A stretch of 54,252 nt of DNA from the sequence record DRR378314_1602. One strand, given 5' to 3'. Below, piece after piece: positions 28,393 through 37,953 of this stretch. Position 1 is the first letter of the stretch, and each line of letters begins with the position of its first letter. Under the pieces are notes generated by a model. That model saw nothing but the letters and a program-made list of their open reading frames with translations, did no database searches and was not told the origin of the DNA. A program made the position numbers and the translations under genes.

Positions 28393-29469
28393 TTACGTGA
28401 GCTTCCACTCGGTCCAGCGTTCGGTCAGGGCCGCGAGGTTATCGCGCCAGTATTCCGCATCGATCAGGAAGCCTTTCTCGGCATTTTCCGGTGTGGTCGC
28501 AAGCCACGGCAGCACGCTTTCTTCAACGCGAGCAAAGGCTGCGGGATTGCAAGGTGCATAAGCCAGAGTGTTGGCCATCAGCGCCTGATTGTCAGCGTCA
28601 ACGGTGGCATTCATGAAGTGCTGTGCAACCTCGGCGTTTGGCGCGCCTTTCGGGATCACCAGATAGTCGATAGAGCGGATGTTCTGGTTCCATGTCAAAT
28701 CGACCGGCGCACCCTTTTTGTTCACGTCAAATGTCCGACCATTGAGCAACACACCGGTGCCCACTTCGCCATCCACGAAAAGCTGCTGCGCGGCTGAGTT
28801 CGAGGTATACCAGATCACATGATCCTTGATCGTGTCGAGCTTGGCAAACGCACGATCCACATCAAGCGGATAGAGGTCTTCGGGTGCAACGCCATCCGCC
28901 ATCAGGGCGATCTCGATCATTGGATAGGCGCGGTCGCGCAGGGCGCGCTTGCCAGGGAATTTCTCGACATCGAAGACATCTGCCCAGCTTTGCGGTGTGT
29001 TCTCGCCGACCACGTCGGTATTGAAGGCAATGTTGTAGGACCAGATGATGCAGCCGATGCCCTTTGCATGAACATAGGCCTGATCCAGCGGGCTGGCATC
29101 CACGATGTTGAAATCCAGATCCTCGAAAAGCTCTTCGTTGGCTGCAAGGAAGGTGTCGGTCACGTCCACCACATCCCAGATGGGTTGGCCGCCCTCAACC
29201 ATGGTCCGCAATTTGGAGCCGTTCATCGGGCCGTCCTGAATGACGGTTGCGCCGGTGGCTTTCGTGAACGGGTTGCAATATGCGGTCTCTTGCGCCGCCT
29301 GATAGCTGCCGCCCCAGCTGGCAAAGACCATCTCGCGGCCTGACAGATCAACGGCCGCAAAGGCCCCACGCGTGCCAATGCTGAGCGCCGCCAAAGAGGC
29401 CGAGGCGCAAAGCGATGTTTTCAGGAAAGTCCGGCGGTTCAGCCCGCCTTTGGGTGTGGTCTTGGTCAT
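28393..29469 (-). CDS. ABC substrate-binding protein (PotD/polyamine-like) with Tat signal
   Basis: Start MTKTTPKGGLNRRTFLK (twin-arginine) after GGAG; ASWGGSY, DVEKFPGKRAL, LDVDRAFAKLD. Confidence 0.9.
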   Translation of the reverse strand: MTKTTPKGGLNRRTFLKTSLCASASLAALSIGTRGAFAAVDLSGREMVFASWGGSYQAAQETAYCNPFTKATGATVIQDGPMNGSKLRTMVEGGQPIWDVVDVTDTFLAANEELFEDLDFNIVDASPLDQAYVHAKGIGCIIWSYNIAFNTDVVGENTPQSWADVFDVEKFPGKRALRDRAYPMIEIALMADGVAPEDLYPLDVDRAFAKLDTIKDHVIWYTSNSAAQQLFVDGEVGTGVLLNGRTFDVNKKGAPVDLTWNQNIRSIDYLVIPKGAPNAEVAQHFMNATVDADNQALMANTLAYAPCNPAAFARVEESVLPWLATTPENAEKGFLIDAEYWRDNLAALTERWTEWKLT

Positions 29470-29521
29470 TTCCTTGTCTCCTTGTTGAAGTTCGCTGTTT
29501 TTTATTGTGGTAATCCGATAA

Positions 29522-30574
29522 TCAAGCCACCATTTCCTTGGCGCGGAAATGCGGGATGACATGCTCACACCACAGCTCCATCGAGCGGATATTCCGCTCG
29601 CGCGACATGCCAAAGGCGGGGCCAATCATGATGTGATCAATGCCCGCAGCTTCATAGCGTTCCAGCTTGGCGATCACCTCATCGGGGGTGCCAAACATCA
29701 GGTTCTCGGCCAGCGCATCGGCCTGATATTCATCGCGGTTGGCAACGATGTCAAAATCCACCGGCTCAGGGAAGCCATTGGTGACTGTGCCAATACCCTT
29801 GAAGAGGTTCTCAAAATTGCGGCCAAAGTTGATGGCACCGCGCACGGCGTCATCGCGACCGGCCTGATCATCATATACCGCAGCCAGACGCATCGTGGTG
29901 TGCTGCAAATGAGCCGAGCCGGGTACGCTGGCCTGTGTTTCGTTGAAACGCGTGACGAGGGTCTCGACCTCTTCGAACGGGCGACGCAGAGCTGTCGACA
30001 AGATGTTGCAGTTGTTCTGAAGTGCAAATTCGAACGTGTTGGGATCACGCGCCGCGATCCACATGGGTGGATCCTTTTGCAGTGGCTTGGGCACGCAAGC
30101 TACCGAGGGGAACTGCCAGATTTCACCGTCATGGGCGTAATCGCCCTGCCAGAGCGCCTGTACCGCCGGGATGATTTCCCGCAGATAACGCCCGCCTTCG
30201 CCTTGGGGCATGCCACCGGCCATGCGGTCGAATTCATACTGATAGGAACCACGGCCCAGCCCAAGCTCTAACCGGCCACCGGTCAGCACGTCGCACATGG
30301 CGGCTTCACCGGCCAGGCGGATGGGGGTCCAATAGGGGGCTGCCACGACGGCGGTGCCCAGGCGTACATTCTTGGTATGCGCGGCCCAGTTGGTCAAAAC
30401 CTGAAATGGGTTGGGCGAAATGGTCAATTCGATCGTGTGATGCTCGGCGGTCCAGACAATATCGAACCCACCCTGATCAGCGATCCGCACCATGTCGAGC
30501 GCCTCGGCCGCCACGTCTTCCATAGACCGTGACGTATCAAAGCGCGCCATGTTCACCACTGCGGAGAACTTCAT
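29522..30574 (-). CDS. LLM-class (luciferase-like) flavin-dependent monooxygenase, TgnB-like
   Basis: VWTAEHH, PNPF, RLGTAV, LAGEAAMCDVLTGGRLELGLGRG, VPKPLQ, GTPDEV. Confidence 0.85.
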   Translation of the reverse strand: MKFSAVVNMARFDTSRSMEDVAAEALDMVRIADQGGFDIVWTAEHHTIELTISPNPFQVLTNWAAHTKNVRLGTAVVAAPYWTPIRLAGEAAMCDVLTGGRLELGLGRGSYQYEFDRMAGGMPQGEGGRYLREIIPAVQALWQGDYAHDGEIWQFPSVACVPKPLQKDPPMWIAARDPNTFEFALQNNCNILSTALRRPFEEVETLVTRFNETQASVPGSAHLQHTTMRLAAVYDDQAGRDDAVRGAINFGRNFENLFKGIGTVTNGFPEPVDFDIVANRDEYQADALAENLMFGTPDEVIAKLERYEAAGIDHIMIGPAFGMSRERNIRSMELWCEHVIPHFRAKEMVA

Positions 30575-30587
30575 ATTCTAATGCTCC

Positions 30588-32096
30588 TTATTTTGTCACC
30601 CGCATCACGAAGGCGTCTTGTTGAGCGCCCGAATAGTCAATCACGACTGTTTTGATGCGGCTGTATTCCTGAATGGCGGCAAAGCCGTTGTGTTTGCCAT
30701 AACCCGAATCTTTGAAGCCACCCGAGGGCGACATGATCGAAGGGCTACGGTAGGTGTTGATCCAGACCATGCCGGCCTCGATCCTGCGCATAAAGCGCAG
30801 CGCGCGATTTATGTTGCCCGTCCAGATGCCCGAGGCCAGCGCGAAATCGCTATCATTGGCCTGGGTCAACAGGTCGTCTTCATCGGTGAACTTGAGGATG
30901 CCCAGAACCGGGCCGAAAACCTCTTCACGGGCGATATGCATGTCGTTGGTGACATCGGTGAATATGGTGGGTTCTACGTACCAGCCATCGCCCAACCCTT
31001 CGGGCCGCCCGCCACCAAAGGCAAGTGTGGCACCCTGCGACCGGGCGGTCTCGACAAACTCGGCGACCTTTTCTACCTGACTCCAAAGCGCCAGAGGGCC
31101 AAGCTGTACGTCATCACTCCGGGGGTCACCAATTTTGATGGCACGCGTCTTTTCAATGATCTTTTCGACCACCTCGTCATAGACATTTTCCTGCACGAAA
31201 CAGCGTGAACCCGCCACACAGGTCTGCCCGGCAGCGGCAAAAATACCTGCGACCACGCCATTGGCGGCGGCGTCCAGATCGGCATCGTCGCACACCACAT
31301 GGGGGGATTTGCCGCCCAGTTCCAGCGAGGCTGGCGTCAGTTGCTCGGCAGCATTGCGGGCAATCACCCGGCCCGTTGAGGGTCCGCCGGTGAAATCGAT
31401 CTTGGCAATCCCTGGATGGCTGATCAGCGCATTGCCTGCACTATGACCGTAGCCCGTGATTACATTGAAGACCCCGTCGGGAAAACCTGCCTGCGTCATC
31501 AATTCAGCAAAGGCAATCGCCCCGGCCGAGGCATGCTCAGACGGCTTCACTACCACGGAATTGCCGCAAGCCAGCGCAGGCGCGATTGCACGGATCATCA
31601 TGAAAAGTGGTGAATTCCAGGGAATAATCACCCCGATAACGCCCAAAGGCTCGCGTACGGTGAAATTCAGCATATCGGGCTTGTTGACCGGTATGGTCGT
31701 GCCTTCGATCTTGTCGGCCATTCCCGCAAAATAACGCAAGCCTACTGGCAGGGCCTGCGCAAGCGCGCGCATTTCCCGCAAGAGCTTGCCATTGTCCTTG
31801 ACCTCGATCTCGGCAATGCGCTCGACATTCTCTTCAAGGATATCGGCCAGGCGCAACATCAACGCGCCGCGCTGGCTTTGGGTGATATCGCGCCAGGCGG
31901 GGTTGCGCATCGCGTCACCGGCGGCGCGCACGGCGGCGTCCACCTCTGCATCGCTGCAATCGGAAATCCGGCACCATACCTGACCGTTGGTAGGGTCAAA
32001 GCAGTCAATCTCGGGGCCATCGGATTGGCGATATTCGCCGTTAATACTGATTGGCAGACACGTATCCTGCAGGGCGCTAACGGTAAAGGCGGTCAT
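30588..32096 (-). CDS. Aldehyde dehydrogenase (TgnC-like context)
   Basis: PWNSP, VKPSE, FTGG, LELGGKSP, GQTC, EEVFGP. Confidence 0.9.
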   Translation of the reverse strand: MTAFTVSALQDTCLPISINGEYRQSDGPEIDCFDPTNGQVWCRISDCSDAEVDAAVRAAGDAMRNPAWRDITQSQRGALMLRLADILEENVERIAEIEVKDNGKLLREMRALAQALPVGLRYFAGMADKIEGTTIPVNKPDMLNFTVREPLGVIGVIIPWNSPLFMMIRAIAPALACGNSVVVKPSEHASAGAIAFAELMTQAGFPDGVFNVITGYGHSAGNALISHPGIAKIDFTGGPSTGRVIARNAAEQLTPASLELGGKSPHVVCDDADLDAAANGVVAGIFAAAGQTCVAGSRCFVQENVYDEVVEKIIEKTRAIKIGDPRSDDVQLGPLALWSQVEKVAEFVETARSQGATLAFGGGRPEGLGDGWYVEPTIFTDVTNDMHIAREEVFGPVLGILKFTDEDDLLTQANDSDFALASGIWTGNINRALRFMRRIEAGMVWINTYRSPSIMSPSGGFKDSGYGKHNGFAAIQEYSRIKTVVIDYSGAQQDAFVMRVTK

Positions 32097-33091
32097 CTAG
32101 TCGCCCCTTCTTCATTCATGAGTTTGCTCCACGGAGTGGCATTTCGGTCGATTGTGTGAACTTGTCCGGCGCTTTTGGTGCCGTCGATGTAGAGCCCGAA
32201 CCGCGCATTGCGGAACTCGGTCTGATACCGATGCACGGCGGCGCGAACTGGCTGCGGCGTGATGTCTTGCAACGGCAGATCGTCAACCGAGAACAGGCGA
32301 TAGCCTTCTGGTATGGCCCCGGCAGGCATATCACCTTGAAAAATCAGCCAGGTGGCATTGCCCGATGGTGCATCAAATACCGAATAGAGAAAGCCGAGTT
32401 CTGCGCTGATTCCATTGGCGGACAATTCTTCTTCCAGCGCGGCGCGGCCTTCGCGGAACCCGGAACGTGCGGCGCCCATGGGCAGGCTCCAGCCCTCGGA
32501 CGTTTGGCGCAACAATATCTTGCCGTTGCATTCCAGCAGGCCGCCGACGCGGATGCCACCGTGGTGCGAGATTGATTCCGCAGTGGTCTCGGCCAGACCT
32601 AGATCAAGGTAATGCCCCCGCAAATAGGCCAGTGGGCGACCGTCAGACTGGTCAAACCCGGCAATGCGCCCAATCAGGATCATATGATCGCCTGCATCTA
32701 CGATGTTGTCAGTTTCGCAGTCAAACCAGGCAATGGCATCGTCAATCAGCGGATTGCCCAGCGCACTGTCTGACCACTGCGTTTCGGCAAAGCGGTCATC
32801 CACACGGCTTGCAAAGCGGGCCGAGATGTCCTTTTGCGTCTCACTGAGAATGTTGATCGCAAAACGCCCGGACCGGGAAAAATGGCCGATATTCGAGGAG
32901 GATTTGGCAAGACACACCAGCAACAGGGGTGGGTCCAGCGAAACAGAGGTAAACGAGTTGGCAGTAAAGCCAATCGGCGCGCCATCATCGCTGCGCGATG
33001 TCACAACCGTTACACCGGTCGCAAAACTGCCAAAGGCCTGCCGAAGCTGCCGGCGTGGATCGCTGTTACCATCTTCTTTCTGCGATGCCAT
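32093..33091 (-). CDS. Flavin reductase domain plus C-terminal NUDIX-like domain (TgnA-like reductase)
   Basis: FGSFATGVTVVT, GFTANSFTSVSLDPP, AGDHMILIG; C-terminal GKILL...GWSLP with a degenerate Nudix box. Start approximate. Confidence 0.85.
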   Translation of the reverse strand: MASQKEDGNSDPRRQLRQAFGSFATGVTVVTSRSDDGAPIGFTANSFTSVSLDPPLLLVCLAKSSSNIGHFSRSGRFAINILSETQKDISARFASRVDDRFAETQWSDSALGNPLIDDAIAWFDCETDNIVDAGDHMILIGRIAGFDQSDGRPLAYLRGHYLDLGLAETTAESISHHGGIRVGGLLECNGKILLRQTSEGWSLPMGAARSGFREGRAALEEELSANGISAELGFLYSVFDAPSGNATWLIFQGDMPAGAIPEGYRLFSVDDLPLQDITPQPVRAAVHRYQTEFRNARFGLYIDGTKSAGQVHTIDRNATPWSKLMNEEGATR

Positions 33092-33158
33092 CTGCGGCAT
33101 TCCCCCTGTCATTTTTGTTAAGACTAAGGGGGGAAGCGGACGTGTGACTTCCACCGAG

Positions 33159-33172
33159 TTGATCTAGATCAA
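33159..33172. promoter_or_regulatory. Perfect FNR-type box TTGAT-N4-ATCAA
   Basis: TTGATCTAGATCAA is a perfect 14-bp palindrome ~70 nt upstream of the flavin reductase start. Confidence 0.55.
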
Positions 33173-33184
33173 ATTATTTTTTTC

Positions 33185-34960
33185 CTATGATTCGTAGGAA
33201 TTTATCAGTTTCATTAGGCGAATCGCCAGATCAATCTCGAAACACTTATCAGAATCATTGAAATTCAACCCATGCAATTCCTGCAATTGATCCAATCTGT
33301 ATCGCAGGGTTGTGACATGGATTCCCAAGGTGTCGGCGGCTTCTTGATAGCGGCGACCGGAGCGCAGGAAAACCTCGATGGTTTCGCGCGCAACCCGTGC
33401 TTTTCGGGTATCTGCGCGCAGTACTTCGGGCAGCGTGTTTTGCTGAAAGGCTTGTATCTTCCCGATCTCGGCCGAAGTCATCAAGGCCGGCAGTTCACCC
33501 ATGTTCATCTGGCTGACCCAACCATCAAGGTGCATCGAACGGGCTACATTCAGCGTATTGAGACCTGTCTGCCGGGCCTTGGGCAGATCACTGATGTCCG
33601 TGATTTTGTCGGACATCACCAACGCCACCTTCTCGGGTAGCACCGACCTTACGCGGGATAGAAAAGCCTTGCGCCCATTCTCGGCCTTGCCAGCCGCATC
33701 CCCCAAAAGCAGGACCAACTGTTCTTCCAGAACACATGAGATTGTTGGCCCCAAAATGGTCTGGGCACCGCGCTGGATGAAACTATGTGCCCCTTCGTCG
33801 ACCATGCGCCCTTCGGGCAGGCTGATCATCACAAGCCGCATATCTGCCTGAAGATCGAAATCAAGTATATGCGCTTCGTCGAACATCTCTTCGCGATCAC
33901 GCCAGTCCCCTGACAACAACCGCGCCAGTACACGGCGCGCTGTCACGCGGCGCGAACGGAACTCGATAAAACTGCGCAGGATGAATGACGAGAGTGCCAG
34001 TCTTCCAGCCTTGGCCGCGATACGCTCGTGATCGTTGAGTGCGGCGTTACCAAAGAAGAAAAGTGTGCCGACGTGGTGTCCGTCAATCTGTAATGCACTG
34101 ACTTCTGCGCGAATGCTTGAACCCATGATGCGCAATTCCATGGGTTCCTCGCTGGCATGTGTGCCTGCATCAATCGCCGCGCGGATCAATTCATCTGAAA
34201 CGCGACGGACCGACAGGTCCGGTAAGGGCGGCGGCGCGGACGGATCAAAAAGACCCCGACCGGATGTCAGATCGATTGCCAGCCACCCAGCCGGGAACAA
34301 CTTGCTAAGCCCGCCTGCAAGCGCATCGGTCGCCTCAGATTCCAGCGTCTTGCCAAGCGATGCGGTCATACTTTCCAGAATGGTTTTAAGCCGCAGTGCC
34401 TGCAGCCGTTCATCATCCAGTTTCTGAATCTTGCGAATGGCAATATTCGTCAGTTCGGCGACACATTGAAGAAACCCAAGATCGGCATCATCTACGGTTA
34501 CAACCTTCTTGGCAGCTACCGAATAGACGATCGGGCGGCCTGTTGCATCGGTCACATCCAGCGGTATCATCACCGATGTATGGTAACCGCGCAGCAAGGC
34601 ATCATCGCGAAAGCCAGGGAAATCATCCTGCGCTGCTGCATCATGCATGATGAAGGGGTCGCCCTTTTGCAATACATGGCCGACCGGGCTGGTACGTGCA
34701 TCCCAGCCAGGCACTTTGCTTAGATCTCCGCCGTAGTAAGGATCATGGCGCACGATAGGCACTGCCAGCCCTGCGTCCACATCCAGAACCTGAATGCTGC
34801 TGATATCCCACTTGGAATGCGCGCAGACGCCTTGTGTCAGCAACTGATAAGTCTCTTCGGCATTCTGGCTTTGGTCTATGACACGGGCCAGTCTGGAAAC
34901 TTTATAAAGTTGGTTGTCCGTTCTCGCGTAGGATTTATCCCGCAACTCGTCCCCCGACAT
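33185..34960 (-). CDS. GAF-domain PucR/CdaR-family transcriptional regulator
   Basis: N-terminal GAF (FIMHDAAAQDDFPGF..RGYHTSVMIPL); C-terminal PucR HTH (EAADTLGIHVTTLRYRL). Start uncertain (34960 or 35008). Confidence 0.85.
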   Translation of the reverse strand: MSGDELRDKSYARTDNQLYKVSRLARVIDQSQNAEETYQLLTQGVCAHSKWDISSIQVLDVDAGLAVPIVRHDPYYGGDLSKVPGWDARTSPVGHVLQKGDPFIMHDAAAQDDFPGFRDDALLRGYHTSVMIPLDVTDATGRPIVYSVAAKKVVTVDDADLGFLQCVAELTNIAIRKIQKLDDERLQALRLKTILESMTASLGKTLESEATDALAGGLSKLFPAGWLAIDLTSGRGLFDPSAPPPLPDLSVRRVSDELIRAAIDAGTHASEEPMELRIMGSSIRAEVSALQIDGHHVGTLFFFGNAALNDHERIAAKAGRLALSSFILRSFIEFRSRRVTARRVLARLLSGDWRDREEMFDEAHILDFDLQADMRLVMISLPEGRMVDEGAHSFIQRGAQTILGPTISCVLEEQLVLLLGDAAGKAENGRKAFLSRVRSVLPEKVALVMSDKITDISDLPKARQTGLNTLNVARSMHLDGWVSQMNMGELPALMTSAEIGKIQAFQQNTLPEVLRADTRKARVARETIEVFLRSGRRYQEAADTLGIHVTTLRYRLDQLQELHGLNFNDSDKCFEIDLAIRLMKLINSYES

Positions 34961-35327
34961 CGGATGGTGATTGTTTTCGGACCACTTCCAGCCCGGGTTC
35001 GGCAGCACAGCTGAACAGGCTATCGGAGCAGTCTGCTTAAGCTAGCCTTAATGGCGCAGGCCAGCAACAGATACAGGGCGCGGCGACCCAATGATTCGTT
35101 TCAGTGGATTAAACTATGCTGGATCTTGCGCAAGGGTTCCAGCACACAAGCCAAGAGCGTGTAAGAGATCTTCTCGAAGAGAAGGACGTTGATGATAAAC
35201 GACATCATTTTGTCCGATGTGGATTAGATTTTTGACGTTTCTGGACAATATGGATGCGAGCATGAAGGTTAGCTTTCCTGAAAACGCAACCAATGTTCCA
35301 CCCGACCAAGTGAAAGATTCCGATCGA

Positions 35328-37796
35328 ATGAACGACCGCCCCTTGTCGAATATCAGAGTTCTCGATTTTGGCCAGTACCTAGCCGGGCCGCTTGTCGGCA
35401 TGATGCTTGCTGATATGGGGGCCGATGTGATCCGTATTGATCCACCCGGCGGCCCCCGGCTTAAATCCCCTGCGGCTGATATGTTGTCGCGGGGTAAAAC
35501 TGTTCTCGAGCTGGACCTGAAAACCGCGCGCGGGCTACAAACAGCCCAAAGCCTTGTCGAACGTGCCGATGTTGTAATCGACAATTTCCGCCCCGGCGTT
35601 ATGAACCGCCTGGGATTGGGGCCCGATGCGCTGAGCGCAATCAACCCGTCAATCATATCGTTGTCGATGCCCGGCTTTGCTTCGGCAGATCCCGAGCTGG
35701 CGGAAATTGCCGCGTGGGAAGCCGTGATCGCAGCGCGAACCGGTCAATTTACCGATATGGGGCTGAACCGGCGGCTGATGGGGATAAACCCATCTTTCAC
35801 CCCGTTGGCGCTGGCTTCGGCATATGGGTCGACCTTTGGCGCAATGTCGGTGCTTTTCGCGCTTCAAGCGCGCGCGCACAATGGCGGCGAGCATATCGAA
35901 GTACCGTTGGCCTCGGCGTTGCTGGAGGGGCTGGTCTACAATTGCCAGCGGATCGAGGATTATCCTGAACGCTATAAATCGCCGCGTGAGGTAGAGCTTG
36001 AGAGGCGCGCTGCGGAAGGTCTGCCAACGACACTGGCGTTCCCGGAGCTTTCAGAATTCCTCGACCCGTTCTATCGAACGTACCCCTGTGCCGATGGGCG
36101 GGGCTTTTACGTCGTGGCTTGCAGTATTAAGGGGCATCCTGAACGTGCGCTGAAGACGCTGGGTCTGGGGGAGCTGGCAAAATCTTTGCCTGATTTCGAC
36201 GCTTATCTGGATCAAGCCGTCTGGCCCGAAGGCTGGTCGATGCGCAACTATCCTGTAGGCGCGTCCGATCGGGCGCGCGTCTCTCATGCAATGAAAGAGG
36301 CTTTTCTAACCCGTCCGGCTCATGAGTGGGAAGAAATATTCGGAGCAGCCAAAGCGCCAGCCACAGCGCAGCGGACCACGAAAGAGTGGCTGGATGATCC
36401 ACATGCTTTGGCCTGTGGTCTGGTACTGCGGGTCGATGACCCCAAACATGGAGAGATGCGGCAGATGGGCAATATCGCCTGGCTGGCAAACGACCATGGT
36501 GCGGCTGACAAGCAAGCCGCACGCCCGGCGGATCTGGATACGCTACTGTCGGAGGAGTCGCGCAACAACTCTGCTGTTGAAACCGCCGGTGGTGGGTGGC
36601 TCGATGGCTTAAAGGTGTTGGACCTCACCAATGTCATCGCCGGGCCGACCATTGGATCGACCCTCGCCCGGTTTGGGGCCGAGGTCACGCTGGTTCAGCC
36701 TGCGTCGCCGTCGGTCGACCCGTGGAACGCTGTTGTTTTTGGCATGCATGCGCATCGCGGTAAGGAAAGTATCCTTCTGAACCTGCGCACCGATGAGGGG
36801 CAGGACATACTGGCCCAACTGATAGCCGAGGCGGATGTAGTTACGATGAACGGTACAGACACGCAGCGCGATGGGCTTGGCCTGTCGCCACAACGGATGA
36901 AAGAGATAAATCCGCGATTGATTTTGGTCCAGCTCGACGCATTTGGAGGGCCGATGCAGGGGCCAAAGTCGAACCACCTCGGTTATGATGATCTGGCGCA
37001 GGCGGCGACGGGTGTGATGCTTCGGTTTGGCGGCGACATGGATACGCCTGAAGAGCACGCGCATTTCGGCACCATAGATGTGCTGACCGGATATTGTGCC
37101 TGTGTCGCGCTTGGTGGTGCCTTGGTTCAACTCAAGCGCACCGGCGAAGGCAGTATCGCCCGAGCTTCGTTGGCGGGCGGCGGCAACCTGATCCAGGCCG
37201 AGTTCATGTATGACTTTGACGGGCGGGCACCCTTTGATGAGCCTTCGGGGCGCGAAGTTCTTGGTAGTGGCCCCTACTATCATTGTTATCAGGCCGAGGA
37301 CGGCTGGATGTTCTTTGCAGCTCCGACAGAACGCAAGGCCGCACTCACTAAGGTAACAGAGTTGAATGATCTGGCTGATCTGAAAGAGGCAGAGCTGCAA
37401 TCAGCGCTCGCCCAGCGTTTCGCAACCAAACCAGTGGCCTTTTGGGTCGCAGCGCTGTCCGGCTCATCCAGCGCGGTGGTGCCTTTGGGGTCCCTGCATG
37501 AAACCCGAGATGCCTCTTTGCAGCTTGAAAGCGAAGGGGCGATTGATCTGACCAAGGACACCTTCCGGGTGATCCGCCACGATCAACATCCGATGGGGCG
37601 CTGGTGTGATCTAGTGGCTCCGAATGCTGTCCGGCCCAAGCGCAGCCGTATCACAATCCCGTCGTATATGCCGAAATACGGCCACAACACGCGGGATATC
37701 CTGACGCGCCTAGGGTTGGACAACGAATCCATCGACAAGATAATCGAGTCGGGTGCTGCTGCCACGCAATGGTCAGAGAAATATCTTCCCGAATGA
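35328..37796 (+). CDS. dddD: Tandem class III (CaiB/BaiF) CoA-transferase, DddD-like (DMSP CoA-transferase/lyase family)
   Basis: Two CaiB domains (PLSNIRVLDFGQYLAGP; LDGLKVLDLTNVIAGP). DddD-like segments FTDMGLNRRLMGINPSF, PERYK, LDPFYRTY, GYDD, PEEHAHFGTIDV, WSEKYLP. About 820 aa. Confidence 0.75.
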   Translation: MNDRPLSNIRVLDFGQYLAGPLVGMMLADMGADVIRIDPPGGPRLKSPAADMLSRGKTVLELDLKTARGLQTAQSLVERADVVIDNFRPGVMNRLGLGPDALSAINPSIISLSMPGFASADPELAEIAAWEAVIAARTGQFTDMGLNRRLMGINPSFTPLALASAYGSTFGAMSVLFALQARAHNGGEHIEVPLASALLEGLVYNCQRIEDYPERYKSPREVELERRAAEGLPTTLAFPELSEFLDPFYRTYPCADGRGFYVVACSIKGHPERALKTLGLGELAKSLPDFDAYLDQAVWPEGWSMRNYPVGASDRARVSHAMKEAFLTRPAHEWEEIFGAAKAPATAQRTTKEWLDDPHALACGLVLRVDDPKHGEMRQMGNIAWLANDHGAADKQAARPADLDTLLSEESRNNSAVETAGGGWLDGLKVLDLTNVIAGPTIGSTLARFGAEVTLVQPASPSVDPWNAVVFGMHAHRGKESILLNLRTDEGQDILAQLIAEADVVTMNGTDTQRDGLGLSPQRMKEINPRLILVQLDAFGGPMQGPKSNHLGYDDLAQAATGVMLRFGGDMDTPEEHAHFGTIDVLTGYCACVALGGALVQLKRTGEGSIARASLAGGGNLIQAEFMYDFDGRAPFDEPSGREVLGSGPYYHCYQAEDGWMFFAAPTERKAALTKVTELNDLADLKEAELQSALAQRFATKPVAFWVAALSGSSSAVVPLGSLHETRDASLQLESEGAIDLTKDTFRVIRHDQHPMGRWCDLVAPNAVRPKRSRITIPSYMPKYGHNTRDILTRLGLDNESIDKIIESGAAATQWSEKYLPE

Positions 37797-37953
37797 ACGA
37801 AAGGTATGCTCGGAGTCTGATTGATATCGCGGGGCTTTTACCCGTCTTGCAAATTACATTTACACACAAGTGGCATAAAGCGGGGCGAGAACTGTAGATG
37901 GCCTTTTGGCTACTGCAGCGCTGCTTGACTGGCGGGTTTTACAACGAAATTGA

